64,000 bases of DNA from Oscillospiraceae bacterium (lineage in GTDB: Bacteria; Bacillota; Clostridia; Oscillospirales; Ruminococcaceae), in NCBI GenBank assembly GCA_003512525.1, contig DOQG01000071.1:1587-65586 (forward strand). Direction: 5' to 3'. Below are positions 50,002-58,980 of this stretch, in pieces. Numbering within the stretch: the stretch's first letter is position 1; every line of letters starts with the position of its first letter. Both the position numbers and the translations under genes were made by a program. The notes under the pieces were generated by a model. The model was not told the DNA's origin, made no database searches, and saw only the letters and a list, made by a program, of their open reading frames with translations.

Positions 50002-51258
50002 ATGTACAGTAATTTAGTTGACACGATCGGCTTTCTCAAGGGTATAGATCCCGATGTTGCTGATGCAATGGACAAGGAGCTTGCCCGTCAGAGAAGAAAT
50101 CTTGAGCTTATTGCAAGCGAGAATATTGTTTCTCCGGCTGTTATGGCGGCTATGGGAAGCGTTCTTACGAACAAGTATGCTGAGGGATACCCCGGCAAGC
50201 GTTATTACGGTGGATGCGAGGACGTTGATATAGTTGAGAATATCGCTATTGAACGTGCCTGCAAGCTGTTCGGAGCAAAGTATGCGAATGTACAGGCTCA
50301 CTCCGGCGCACAGGCTAATACAGCGGTTTATTTTGCACTGCTTAACCCCGGTGATACCGTAATGGGTATGAGTCTTGCACACGGCGGACACCTGACACAC
50401 GGTTCGCCCGTAAATATCTCGGGCAAGTACTTCAACTTCGTGCCATACGGTCTTGACGAGAAAACCGGCAGACTGAATTACGACAATATACTTGCGCTGG
50501 CAAAGGAGCATAAGCCTAAGCTTATCGTTGCAGGTGCAAGCGCATATCCCAGAGCTATAGATTTTGAAAAGCTCTCGGCTATTGCTAAGGAAGTAGGAGC
50601 ATATCTCATGGTAGATATGGCTCATATCGCAGGTCTTGTTGCAGGCGGTCAGCATATGTCACCCGTGCCTTATGCCGATATCGTAACAACGACCACACAT
50701 AAGACTTTAAGAGGTCCTCGCGGCGGACTTATTCTCACAAACGACGAGGAGCTTTCAAAGAAGATAAATAAGGCTATATTCCCCGGAACACAGGGCGGTC
50801 CTTTAATGCACGTTATCGCCGCAAAGGCAGTTTGCTTCGGAGAGGCATTGAAGCCGGAATTTACGGAATATGCAAAGCAGATAGTTAAGAATGCTGCAGT
50901 TCTCGCCGATTCGTTGCTTGAAAAGGGATTTGATCTGGTATCCGGCGGTACGGACAACCACCTTATGCTTGTTGACCTCCAGCCTTTCAACATCACCGGC
51001 AAAGAGCTTGAGAAGAAGCTCGATGAGGTATATATCACAGTTAATAAGAATGCTGTTCCGAACGACCCTCAGAGTCCGTTCGTAACAAGCGGCGTACGTA
51101 TAGGAACACCTGCTGTTACAACAAGAGGTCTTAAGGAAGACGATATGAAGCAGATCGCACAGTGCATCTATCTTACTGCAACCGACTTTGACAACAGCGC
51201 AGACAAGGTAAGAGAAACCGTAACGGAAATTTGCAGAAAGTACCCGCTGTACGAATAA
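50002..51258 (+). CDS. glyA: serine hydroxymethyltransferase
   Basis: PLP site [14 protein letters not shown], classic SHMT throughout; start at MYSNL after RBS AAAGGA. Confidence 0.95.
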   Translation: MYSNLVDTIGFLKGIDPDVADAMDKELARQRRNLELIASENIVSPAVMAAMGSVLTNKYAEGYPGKRYYGGCEDVDIVENIAIERACKLFGAKYANVQAHSGAQANTAVYFALLNPGDTVMGMSLAHGGHLTHGSPVNISGKYFNFVPYGLDEKTGRLNYDNILALAKEHKPKLIVAGASAYPRAIDFEKLSAIAKEVGAYLMVDMAHIAGLVAGGQHMSPVPYADIVTTTTHKTLRGPRGGLILTNDEELSKKINKAIFPGTQGGPLMHVIAAKAVCFGEALKPEFTEYAKQIVKNAAVLADSLLEKGFDLVSGGTDNHLMLVDLQPFNITGKELEKKLDEVYITVNKNAVPNDPQSPFVTSGVRIGTPAVTTRGLKEDDMKQIAQCIYLTATDFDNSADKVRETVTEICRKYPLYE

Positions 51259-51343
51259 ATTATATTTAATCGAAAACGAGAGATGAAAGCTGTCCCTCGT
51301 TTTCGTGCTGTATAAAATGTTGAAGACAGAAAGGAATTTATAA

Positions 51344-52492
51344 ATGACAGCATCAGCAAGAGACATTATTTTTAATCATTCCGAAAGAGTAGCTCCTCTC
51401 GGACTTATTGCAATCCCGGGTTCTGAGGAGCTCGGCAGGAAGGTAAATGAGTACCTTGTAACATGGTCACAGGAAGCCGGCTATGATTATGATAATTTCC
51501 TTATTGAGAATGAGTGCCCCAGGTTTTCTTCCGGTGACGGCAAGGCTCTTATCAAGAACACCGTAAGAGGCTATGACCTTTACATTATTGCGGATTTTGG
51601 CAATTACAGCCTTGAATATCCGCTTTTCGGAAGAATGAACCGTATGTCGCCCGACGACCACTTCCAGAACCTTAAACGTATCATACAGGCTATCGGAGGT
51701 AAGGCTCACCGTATCAGCATAATCACGCCTATCCTTTACGGCGGAAGACAGCACAGAAGGAATTACAGAGAGTCGCTTGACTGTGCTGTAGCTCTTCAGG
51801 AGCTTCAGAATATGGGCGTTTCCAATATCATTGCGTTTGACGCTCACGACCCCAGAGTATGCAACGCAGTACCGCTTATGGGCTTTGATAACATTATCCC
51901 CACATATCAGGTATTGAAGGCTCTGTTCAAGTATGTCAAGGACTTCAAGATGGATAAGGATCACTTTATGGTTGTCAGCCCCGATGAGGGTGCTCTCAAC
52001 AGAAATATGTATTATTCGTCTGTTCTTGGTGTGGACCTTGGTATGTTCTATAAAAGACGTGACTATTCGCAGGTGGTGAACGGACGCAACCCTATCGTAG
52101 CTCACGAATATCTCGGTAACTCTGTTGAGGGTAAAGATGTATTCATCGCCGATGATATCATTTCATCCGGTGAATCTATGCTCGATATAGCTATCGAACT
52201 CAAAAAGCGAAATGCTAAAAGAATTTTTGCATATGCGACGTATCCTATCTTTACAAACGGTCTTGAAGCATTTGACAAGGCTTATGCCGAGGGCAAGATC
52301 GACTATGTGTTCGGTACGAACCTTTCCTACAGAACTCCCGAACTTCTCAGCAGAGAATGGTTCTGCGAGGTTGACGTATCAAAGTATCTGTCATATCTGA
52401 TTATGGCTCTTAACCACGATATGTCGATCAGCAAGGTTATAGATCCTCACCAGAAGATAAGCGCTTTACTTGAAAAGCACATGAACGACTGA
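51344..52492 (+). CDS. prs: ribose-phosphate pyrophosphokinase (long-form PRPP synthetase)
   Basis: RFSSGDG..VRGYDLYII, DAHD, RQHRR, VVSPDEGA and the PRPP-binding loop FIADDIISSGES. Confidence 0.7.
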   Translation: MTASARDIIFNHSERVAPLGLIAIPGSEELGRKVNEYLVTWSQEAGYDYDNFLIENECPRFSSGDGKALIKNTVRGYDLYIIADFGNYSLEYPLFGRMNRMSPDDHFQNLKRIIQAIGGKAHRISIITPILYGGRQHRRNYRESLDCAVALQELQNMGVSNIIAFDAHDPRVCNAVPLMGFDNIIPTYQVLKALFKYVKDFKMDKDHFMVVSPDEGALNRNMYYSSVLGVDLGMFYKRRDYSQVVNGRNPIVAHEYLGNSVEGKDVFIADDIISSGESMLDIAIELKKRNAKRIFAYATYPIFTNGLEAFDKAYAEGKIDYVFGTNLSYRTPELLSREWFCEVDVSKYLSYLIMALNHDMSISKVIDPHQKISALLEKHMND

Positions 52493-52513
52493 TAAGGTAA
52501 TATGGTTATTTCT

Positions 52514-52550
52514 GCCTCCGCTCTGTGACGGGCGGAGGCTTATATTTTAC
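52514..52550 (+). terminator. rho-independent terminator after prs
   Basis: gcctccgc/gcggaggc stem followed by ttatatttta. Confidence 0.7.
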
Positions 52551-52562
52551 AGGAGATAAACT

Positions 52563-53813
52563 ATGCCGTTAGCAGACAGAATACGTCCGTCGACACTTAA
52601 CGAGGTTGTCGGACAAAGGCACATCTTAGCGCCCGGAAAACCACTCTATAATATCATCGACAGAGGTAAAATACCGAATATGATATTTTACGGACCGTCG
52701 GGTGTCGGCAAGACCACTATAGCAAATATAATAGCAAAGAAAACGAGTATGAGTCTGTACAGACTTAACGGTACGCAGGCATCTACATCGGATATAAAAG
52801 ATATTGTAGCAAACCTCGGAACTTTCGGTGCGGCGGGAGGAATACTGCTGTTTCTTGATGAGATACAGTATCTGAACAAAAAACAACAGCAGACATTGCT
52901 TGAATATATTGAAAGCGGTGAGATAACGCTGATAGCGTCTACGACAGAAAATCCGTATTTCTATGTATATAGCGCAATTCTTTCACGATGCACTGTGTTT
53001 GAGTTTAAACAGGTGACGGCAGAGGATATACTCCCGGCGGTTGAACGTGCATTCAGGCTTATGAGCGAGGAAATGAACACTGAGTTTGTACTCGAAGACG
53101 GTGTGGTACGACATATTGCATACGGCTGCGGAGGAGATGTGCGCAAAGCGGCCAATACGGTCGAGCTTTGCTGTCTGTCGAGTGAAAATGATACCGTCAC
53201 TATGGAAACGGCAAAGCTTCTGACACAGAAGAGCAGTATGAATTATGACCGTGACGGTGATCAGCATTATGATATCTTATCAGCGCTTCAGAAGTCAATA
53301 AGAGGTTCAGACGAAAATGCGGCTCTTCATTATGCGGCACGCTTGCTGTCGGCGGGGGATCTGACTTCGCTTTGCAGGCGACTGCTTGTTATAGCAAGCG
53401 AGGATATCGGGCTTGCTTATCCTATGGCTGTGCCGATAGTCAAGGCTTGCGTTGACAGTGCATTACAGCTTGGTCTTCCGGAAGCAAGGATACCGCTTGC
53501 TGATGCGGTAGTTTTGCTTGCCATATCTCCTAAATCCAACAGTGCATATCTCGGCATAAATTCCGCTATGCAGGATATTGAGGATGGTAAGACAGGCGAT
53601 ATACCGCGGCACCTTCAGAATAAGCACTATGACGGAGAGGGCGACGTGATAAAAGGTCAGCATTATCTGTATCCGCACGACTATCCCAATCATTATGTTG
53701 ATCAGCAGTATCTGCCAGATGCTATAAAAGACAGGGTTTATTATACATTCGGGGATAATAAATTTGAACAACAGTCAAAAGCCTACCGGGATAATATCAA
53801 AGGCAAAAAGTAA
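52563..53813 (+). CDS. rarA: replication-associated recombination protein A (AAA+ ATPase)
   Basis: RPSTLNEVVGQ, Walker A GPSGVGKTT, MgsA C-terminal domain. Confidence 0.9.
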   Translation: MPLADRIRPSTLNEVVGQRHILAPGKPLYNIIDRGKIPNMIFYGPSGVGKTTIANIIAKKTSMSLYRLNGTQASTSDIKDIVANLGTFGAAGGILLFLDEIQYLNKKQQQTLLEYIESGEITLIASTTENPYFYVYSAILSRCTVFEFKQVTAEDILPAVERAFRLMSEEMNTEFVLEDGVVRHIAYGCGGDVRKAANTVELCCLSSENDTVTMETAKLLTQKSSMNYDRDGDQHYDILSALQKSIRGSDENAALHYAARLLSAGDLTSLCRRLLVIASEDIGLAYPMAVPIVKACVDSALQLGLPEARIPLADAVVLLAISPKSNSAYLGINSAMQDIEDGKTGDIPRHLQNKHYDGEGDVIKGQHYLYPHDYPNHYVDQQYLPDAIKDRVYYTFGDNKFEQQSKAYRDNIKGKK

Positions 53814-53832
53814 TAAACAAGCCTGACAGCGG

Positions 53833-54219
53833 TCATTCGTTGTCAGGCTTGCTTTTGTCTGTAAATTCACTTTTCTTGTCGCCGCTGAACAATTGAGATA
53901 TGCCGATGTAAAGCAGAAATGCCGCAAACAGCTTTCTGAGAATTTCAACATCAATAATTCCGGCGACAAAACTTCCCACAGCAGCACAGGGAAGTCCGAG
54001 TATCAGATATTTACCGACAAGCTTAAGGTCGATCAGCTTGTTTTTTATATGGATTATGAGAGATAGCAGTGCAATGGGCAGAAAAAACAACAGATTTATT
54101 CCCTGCGCCAGATCCTGAGGTGTATTTGTAAAGATCGAAAGATACACAAGCAGAACAAAACCACCGCCAAGTCCCATTGATGCAGCGGCACCTGTTATAA
54201 GACCGACAAAAATATTCAT
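53833..54219 (-). CDS. TauE/SafE (TSUP) family transporter, C-terminal 4-TM half
   Basis: 128 aa, 4 TM, GxGGG-like motif MGLGGGF. ATGA overlap with the upstream half. Confidence 0.6.
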   Translation of the reverse strand: MNIFVGLITGAAASMGLGGGFVLLVYLSIFTNTPQDLAQGINLLFFLPIALLSLIIHIKNKLIDLKLVGKYLILGLPCAAVGSFVAGIIDVEILRKLFAAFLLYIGISQLFSGDKKSEFTDKSKPDNE

Positions 54220-54563
54220 ATAAGCATCCTCAATGCGCCGGCTATTATCAGTATTCCGAACATCTTTTTTATCAGTTTGTCAGGGATTTTCTTAAGCAAT
54301 ACCGCTCCGAGCACTGCGCCGATCAGTCCGTAAGGAATGTATTCCCACGCCGCCGTAAAGTCGATTTTGCCGTTTATAAGGTAAACAACTGCCGTGACAA
54401 GACTGAGAACGAATATGAGCGCTACCGACGAAGCGTGAGCTTTTTTAGGTTCTGCGCCGTTTTTTTCAAAGGCAGGAACTGCGACCGTGCCGCCGCCTGA
54501 GCCGAAAAGTCCGTTCAGAAAGCCGCAGATAGCGCCGTAAATAAGTCCGATATATTTATTCAT
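54216..54563 (-). CDS. TauE/SafE (TSUP) family transporter, N-terminal 4-TM half
   Basis: 116 aa from MNKYIGL; GSGGGTVAVPAF motif. Together with the downstream half this equals one full-length TSUP protein. Confidence 0.6.
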   Translation of the reverse strand: MNKYIGLIYGAICGFLNGLFGSGGGTVAVPAFEKNGAEPKKAHASSVALIFVLSLVTAVVYLINGKIDFTAAWEYIPYGLIGAVLGAVLLKKIPDKLIKKMFGILIIAGALRMLI

Positions 54564-54608
54564 ATCAGTAGTTTTTGCGTTAATAGTCGGTTTATGCAAA
54601 TTGAAAAG

Positions 54609-54645
54609 CCGTACTGTTTTTAGCAGTACGGCTGTTATTTTTGAG
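54609..54645. terminator. hairpin with flanking T-runs on both strands, located 45 nt upstream of the tauE start on the - strand (terminator or attenuator)
   Basis: gccgtactg/cagtacggc stem. Confidence 0.6.
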
Positions 54646-54836
54646 ACCACCTTGCCGTGGTATGACGATGAAACCCGCACATAAAAGTACGGTGGGTAAC
54701 TTTCCCCCGAATGTTTCACGCTCCCTTCGTCCGCAAAGCGGGAGGTCTGCAATCCGCAAACGGAGAGAAATCCCTATTAAAGAGTGTCGGATCATATGAA
54801 ATCATACTGAAGCGCACAAGGCAGTGTAATAACTGA

Positions 54837-55145
54837 TTATTCGTCTTCTTCGTCAAGCTCGTCGAAGACTTTGAAAAATTCTTTTGCAACACGATCATAT
54901 TCTTTATCGTCATCGATCGTTGCAAGATAAACTTCATCGTTCTTGTTTATTTCTTTGAGGATCACATATACGTCGCTGTCGGCGTTTTCGTCATCTTCTT
55001 CGGGAATGACGGCACAATAGTTGCTACCGTCTACTTCAATTCTTCCGATAAGCTCAAAAGAAACGGTTTCGCCGTTTTCGTCCTCGAGGTCAATGAACTC
55101 AGCAGTGTCTAAGTCGTTTTCGGGGATATTTTCGATTTCTGACAT
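54837..55145 (-). CDS. DUF1292-family small acidic protein
   Basis: 102 aa, extremely acidic, with the pattern ..DENGETVSFELIGRIEVDGSNYCAV..VYVILKE.. Confidence 0.6.
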   Translation of the reverse strand: MSEIENIPENDLDTAEFIDLEDENGETVSFELIGRIEVDGSNYCAVIPEEDDENADSDVYVILKEINKNDEVYLATIDDDKEYDRVAKEFFKVFDELDEEDE

Positions 55146-55426
55146 TCTTTATTCCTTCCTTTTCCGAGGACCTTGTTCCGGACATTTCGCCTTTCTTTTA
55201 AGACCTCTGTTCTTTATTTATAATTTTACACGAAATGCATGGTATTGTCAAGAGGTATTTTATGATTTTTTCACAGTGTTATCCTTGATGGTAGAAATTG
55301 TCGATTTTCTTTTTGTTAGGTTATTAACACAGCTGAAAATCCTGTTTTATGTGTAACTTGTGTAACTATGTGACTTATATACAAAACGCAGCTGTGCAAT
55401 TTGTACAATTTTAAGCTGTAAAACTG

Positions 55427-55455
55427 TTGACATTGTTGTTTTCTTGTGGTATCAT
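55427..55455 (+). promoter_or_regulatory. near-consensus promoter (TTGACA-17-TGgTATCAT) reading into an ORF-free region
   Basis: Read directly from the sequence. Confidence 0.5.
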
Positions 55456-55595
55456 ATAGACAAGGAAAAGGAAAGTTCCCCAGACAGAACAAAACATCTT
55501 GGTGCTGACTATTTAACATTATAAAGAGGGTTTTGTTCACCGCTATATACGAGTCGGAAGCGTATATAAATACAGTCGGACAGGAGGCGAGTCCA

Positions 55596-55652
55596 ATGGG
55601 TCAAGAAATCAGTGAGTCACAGCAGTCTGTTGAGACTCGCAACATAAAGTAA
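55596..55652 (+). CDS. 18-codon sORF MGQEISESQQSVETRNIK with a perfect SD
   Basis: AGGAGG at 55582-55587, 8-nt spacer, ATG; about 130 nt downstream of the promoter above. Confidence 0.3.
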   Translation: MGQEISESQQSVETRNIK

Positions 55653-56207
55653 GAAGTGAATGGGACGATGATAATACTCATACGGTACTCATCGACACAC
55701 ATAATAAAAGGGTTTTGACCTTATAAATTGCGAGCAAAACAGCTACGGTGATATAAAAACCTTATAGCGATTGGAAAATCGCGGATTTCCGCAAAAGCGT
55801 TTATTATATAAAGCTTTCAAGGTAATATAGGTAAGGTGATTGAGATGTACAGTTTAAGACATTCAAAGAGGCAGTTTTACTGATTAAGAGCTCTGAAGGA
55901 TGTGTTGCTTATGGTAATATACACTGACTGCTTAATATGGCATCTAAGATTGGTGCTGAATGAAGAAAGACAGTGAGGTATAGTCCAATGTATTAAATGT
56001 ACAGGTAGCAGTAGCTACGAAAAATGTAAAAGTCGGTTATAGTTTAACGGCAGTAATAACGGGATGAGTTCCGTAAGGATATGCGAAGAACGCATAAAGC
56101 GATAATGACTCATAACCGATAAAACATAAGAACAATTAAATATTAAAAAATTCAGACGGGCTTTGGAGTATGTTTTGCTTCAAAGCCTGTTTCCATTGTG
56201 TGCAAAC

Positions 56208-56236
56208 TTGCATTTACCGACAAAAAGTGATATAAT
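56208..56236 (+). promoter_or_regulatory. near-consensus promoter (TTGCAT-17-TGaTATAAT) inside the ORF-free region
   Basis: Read directly. Confidence 0.5.
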
Positions 56237-56620
56237 CAGAAAAACGCGATTAAGGAGATTACTATAATAAAATTACCGAAGATATACAGCAAATTCAATT
56301 AAAGCGATGTACGAGAAGCTTAACCTTGATGTAGAAACAGTAATGCTGTAATACGATTATTTTGATGCGTTTTCAAATTTTTATGAGATGTTACCTTTGA
56401 TAGGCATTATATCACGTTTGAATAACTTTACAAGAACACCGGTAAATCGTGGATTTACACCTGTCGAGCTTAATCAACCCGGCAGTGGTCTGTCTGCCGG
56501 TAGTGTAGTATTTGAAGAAGATGGCGCATTACCTCTTAATGTTATAAATTCTGTTCCGTTAAGCGGAATATAATAACAATATTTAAAGCAGACATTAAAG
56601 CGTACTGCATATATCAAAAA

Positions 56621-56656
56621 AGCTGTGGTTTCGTTTGTGAAACCACAGCTTTTATT
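56621..56656. terminator. bidirectional terminator (typA on -, unknown transcript on +)
   Basis: 11-bp stem agctgtggttt/aaaccacagct flanked by an A-run and a T-run. Confidence 0.8.
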
Positions 56657-56666
56657 GTGTCCGGTT

Positions 56667-58505
56667 TTAAGTGTTCTGCTTTCTTCTCTTAGCATCTTCC
56701 TTGGCACGAAGGTCATTGTCGAGAATTTTCTTTCTGATACGGATCGTCTTGGGCGTTACCTCGACAAGCTCATCATCGTTTATAAATTCAAGGCTTTCTT
56801 CAAGACTCATTCTCTTGTAGGGGATAAGTCTTAATGCGTCATCACTGCCGCTGGCTCTTGTATTTGTCAGGTGCTTTTTCTTGCAGACGTTGACATTGAT
56901 ATCGCCTGCCTTGGGAGATACGCCGACAACCATACCTTCGTATACGGGAACACCTGCATCAATGAACAAAGTACCTCTTTCCTGAGCATTGAACAGACCG
57001 TAAGCCATAGCTGTACCTGACTCAAACGCAACAAGTGAACCGACTGTTCTGGTGGGGATTTCACCCATATAAGGACGGTAGCTGTCGAAAACGGTATTCA
57101 ATACACCCTCACCTTTTGTATCTGTCATAAACTCGCTTCTGTAGCCGAACAGACCTCTTGAGGGGATAAGGAACTCAATTCTGGTTCTGCTACCTACAGG
57201 TTGCATATGAACAAGCTCAGCTTTTCTTACGCCCATTTTTTCCATAACAGAGCCGACACAGCTATCGGGCACGTCAATAAGCAGACGTTCGATAGGTTCA
57301 CATCTTACGCCGTCAATTTCTTTGAAAAGTACACGAGGAGTACTTACCGAAAGCTCATAGCCCTCACGGCGCATTGTTTCAATTAAGATCGACAGATGCA
57401 TTTCGCCTCTGCCGGCAACGTTATAAGCATCTGAGTTTTCACTGTCGGTAACTCTGAGCGAAACGTCCTTTAAAAGCTCCTTGTGAAGACGTTCTCTTAT
57501 CTGACGAGAGGTTACAAATTTTCCCTCTCGACCGGCAAAGGGGCTGTCGTTTACCGAGAAAGTCATTTCTACTGTAGGCTCGCTTATCTTTACGAAGGGG
57601 AGAGGCTCGGGGTTGTTTACAGAGCAGATAGTCTGTCCGATTGTGATACCCTCGATACCTGATAAGCATACGATATCGCCTATCGTAGCCTCAGTCACAG
57701 GAACCTTGTTCATACCCTCAAAAGTGTAAAGGCTTACTACCTTTGACTTGAAGGGCTTGTGCGAACCGTTGTAATCGCACACCATAACTTCCTGGTTCTG
57801 TTTTATTGTACCTCTTTCAATTCTGCCGACTGCAATTCTGCCTACATAGTCATTGTAGTCGATGGAAGAAACGAGCAGCTGCAAATCACCGTCCGGATCA
57901 CCCTCGGGGCAGGGAATATGCTCAATTATCTTGTCAAACAGCGGCTTAAAATTTTCTCCCATAACATCGGGTGAGTATGAAGCGACACCGTTTCTGCCGG
58001 AGCAGAAGATAACGGGGCTGTCGAGCTGTTCATCTGATGCATCAAGGTCGAGCAGAAGTTCAAGAACTTCATCTACTACTTCCTTATTTCTGGCATCGGG
58101 GCGGTCTGTCTTGTTAACTACAACAATAACCTTAAGACCCAAGTCAAGTGCTTTCTGAAGGACAAATCTTGTCTGAGGCATTGTACCCTCAAAGCTGTCA
58201 ACAAGGAGCAGTACGCCGTTTACCATCTTTAATATACGTTCCACTTCGCCTGAAAAATCTGCGTGTCCGGGAGTGTCAACGATGTTGATCTTAACACCGT
58301 TATAGTGTGCGGCGGCATTTTTTGCAAGGATCGTGATACCACGCTCTCTTTCAAGTGCGTTGCTGTCCATTACGCGGTCTTCTACTTCCTGATTGTCACG
58401 GAATACGCCGCCTTGCTTCAGCATTTCATCGACCAGTGTTGTCTTGCCGTGGTCAACGTGTGCGATTATAGCTATATTTCTTAAATCTTCTCTTTTCAAC
58501 GTCAA
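56667..58505 (-). CDS. typA: translational GTPase TypA/BipA
   Basis: [15 protein letters not shown]1, DTPGHADF G3, EF-G-like domain order; TTG start. Confidence 0.95.
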   Translation of the reverse strand: MTLKREDLRNIAIIAHVDHGKTTLVDEMLKQGGVFRDNQEVEDRVMDSNALERERGITILAKNAAAHYNGVKINIVDTPGHADFSGEVERILKMVNGVLLLVDSFEGTMPQTRFVLQKALDLGLKVIVVVNKTDRPDARNKEVVDEVLELLLDLDASDEQLDSPVIFCSGRNGVASYSPDVMGENFKPLFDKIIEHIPCPEGDPDGDLQLLVSSIDYNDYVGRIAVGRIERGTIKQNQEVMVCDYNGSHKPFKSKVVSLYTFEGMNKVPVTEATIGDIVCLSGIEGITIGQTICSVNNPEPLPFVKISEPTVEMTFSVNDSPFAGREGKFVTSRQIRERLHKELLKDVSLRVTDSENSDAYNVAGRGEMHLSILIETMRREGYELSVSTPRVLFKEIDGVRCEPIERLLIDVPDSCVGSVMEKMGVRKAELVHMQPVGSRTRIEFLIPSRGLFGYRSEFMTDTKGEGVLNTVFDSYRPYMGEIPTRTVGSLVAFESGTAMAYGLFNAQERGTLFIDAGVPVYEGMVVGVSPKAGDINVNVCKKKHLTNTRASGSDDALRLIPYKRMSLEESLEFINDDELVEVTPKTIRIRKKILDNDLRAKEDAKRRKQNT

Positions 58506-58629
58506 GTCTCCTTCTTCGCATAAATTCTGTCTTTATCCTTATAATTATACTCATTTTCTTCGATTTTTACTAGATTATATTTAGATAATTTTGCACAAGT
58601 GATAAAAGTTTCGCTTGTCTATTTTTCAC

Positions 58630-58661
58630 AAAAAAATCGGGAGTCCCCGCAGGGACTCCCG
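58630..58661 (-). terminator. rho-independent terminator directly after the 47-aa sORF
   Basis: cgggagtccc/gggactcccg stem followed by ATTTTTTT on the - strand. Confidence 0.8.
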
Positions 58662-58676
58662 GTTGAGTTGGCGTTA

Positions 58677-58820
58677 TCAGCAGCCGCATCCTCCGCAGTT
58701 ATTGCCGCAACCGCCGCCGCAGCCGCAGTCGTTATTGCCGCAGCCGCCGCTGTTACCACAGCAGGCAAATAAGAGAATGAGAATAATGATCCACCAGCAA
58801 GAGTTGTTTGAACAGAACAT
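58677..58820 (-). CDS. 47-aa Cys/Gly-rich small membrane peptide (MFCSNNSCWWIIILILLFACCGNSGGCGNNDCGCGGGCGNNCGGCGC)
   Basis: RBS GGAGGA, 8-nt spacer, ATG at 58820; TGA stop at 58677-58679; strong terminator 15 nt downstream. Not in the ORF track because it is under 60 aa; the two longer overlapping ORFs in other frames look spurious. Confidence 0.6.
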   Translation of the reverse strand: MFCSNNSCWWIIILILLFACCGNSGGCGNNDCGCGGGCGNNCGGCGC

Positions 58821-58980
58821 AATATGTTTCCTCCGTTTAGTATTTGAGCATAGCCGTTTGAGCGTTGCTCATAGTACATAATATGCCGTTGGTTAAAATG
58901 TGTTACTGCTTTTTACTTGTCCGCTGTGATTAAAGAGTAAAAATCTGCCTATAATTGTATATGAGAAAGGCGGTCATATT

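Noticed and set aside
55441-55500. Possible RNase P RNA (GGAAAGTTCC ... ACAGAACAAAAC resemblance to P4 strands)
   Set aside because: The two P4-like strings are adjacent instead of about 300 nt apart. No P1/P2/P3 helices or other conserved RNase P core elements are present.
56388-56573. 61-aa ORF MLPLIGIISRLNNF... inside the ORF-free block
   Set aside because: It has no SD and no recognisable domain. It is kept only as part of the region-level finding, not called as a gene.
55441-56660. Possible tmRNA
   Set aside because: No tRNA-like 3' end (GGTTCGA(C/A)TCC..CCA) and no tag-peptide reading frame ending in ..ALAA or similar.
58615-58881. 88-aa proline-rich + strand ORF and 86-aa Ala-rich - strand ORF from the six-frame track
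   Set aside because: Both arise from the same GC-rich GCC/GCA repeat. The + ORF starts inside a terminator stem and has no RBS. The 47-aa frame on the - strand has a canonical RBS, start, stop and terminator, and is the better gene model.
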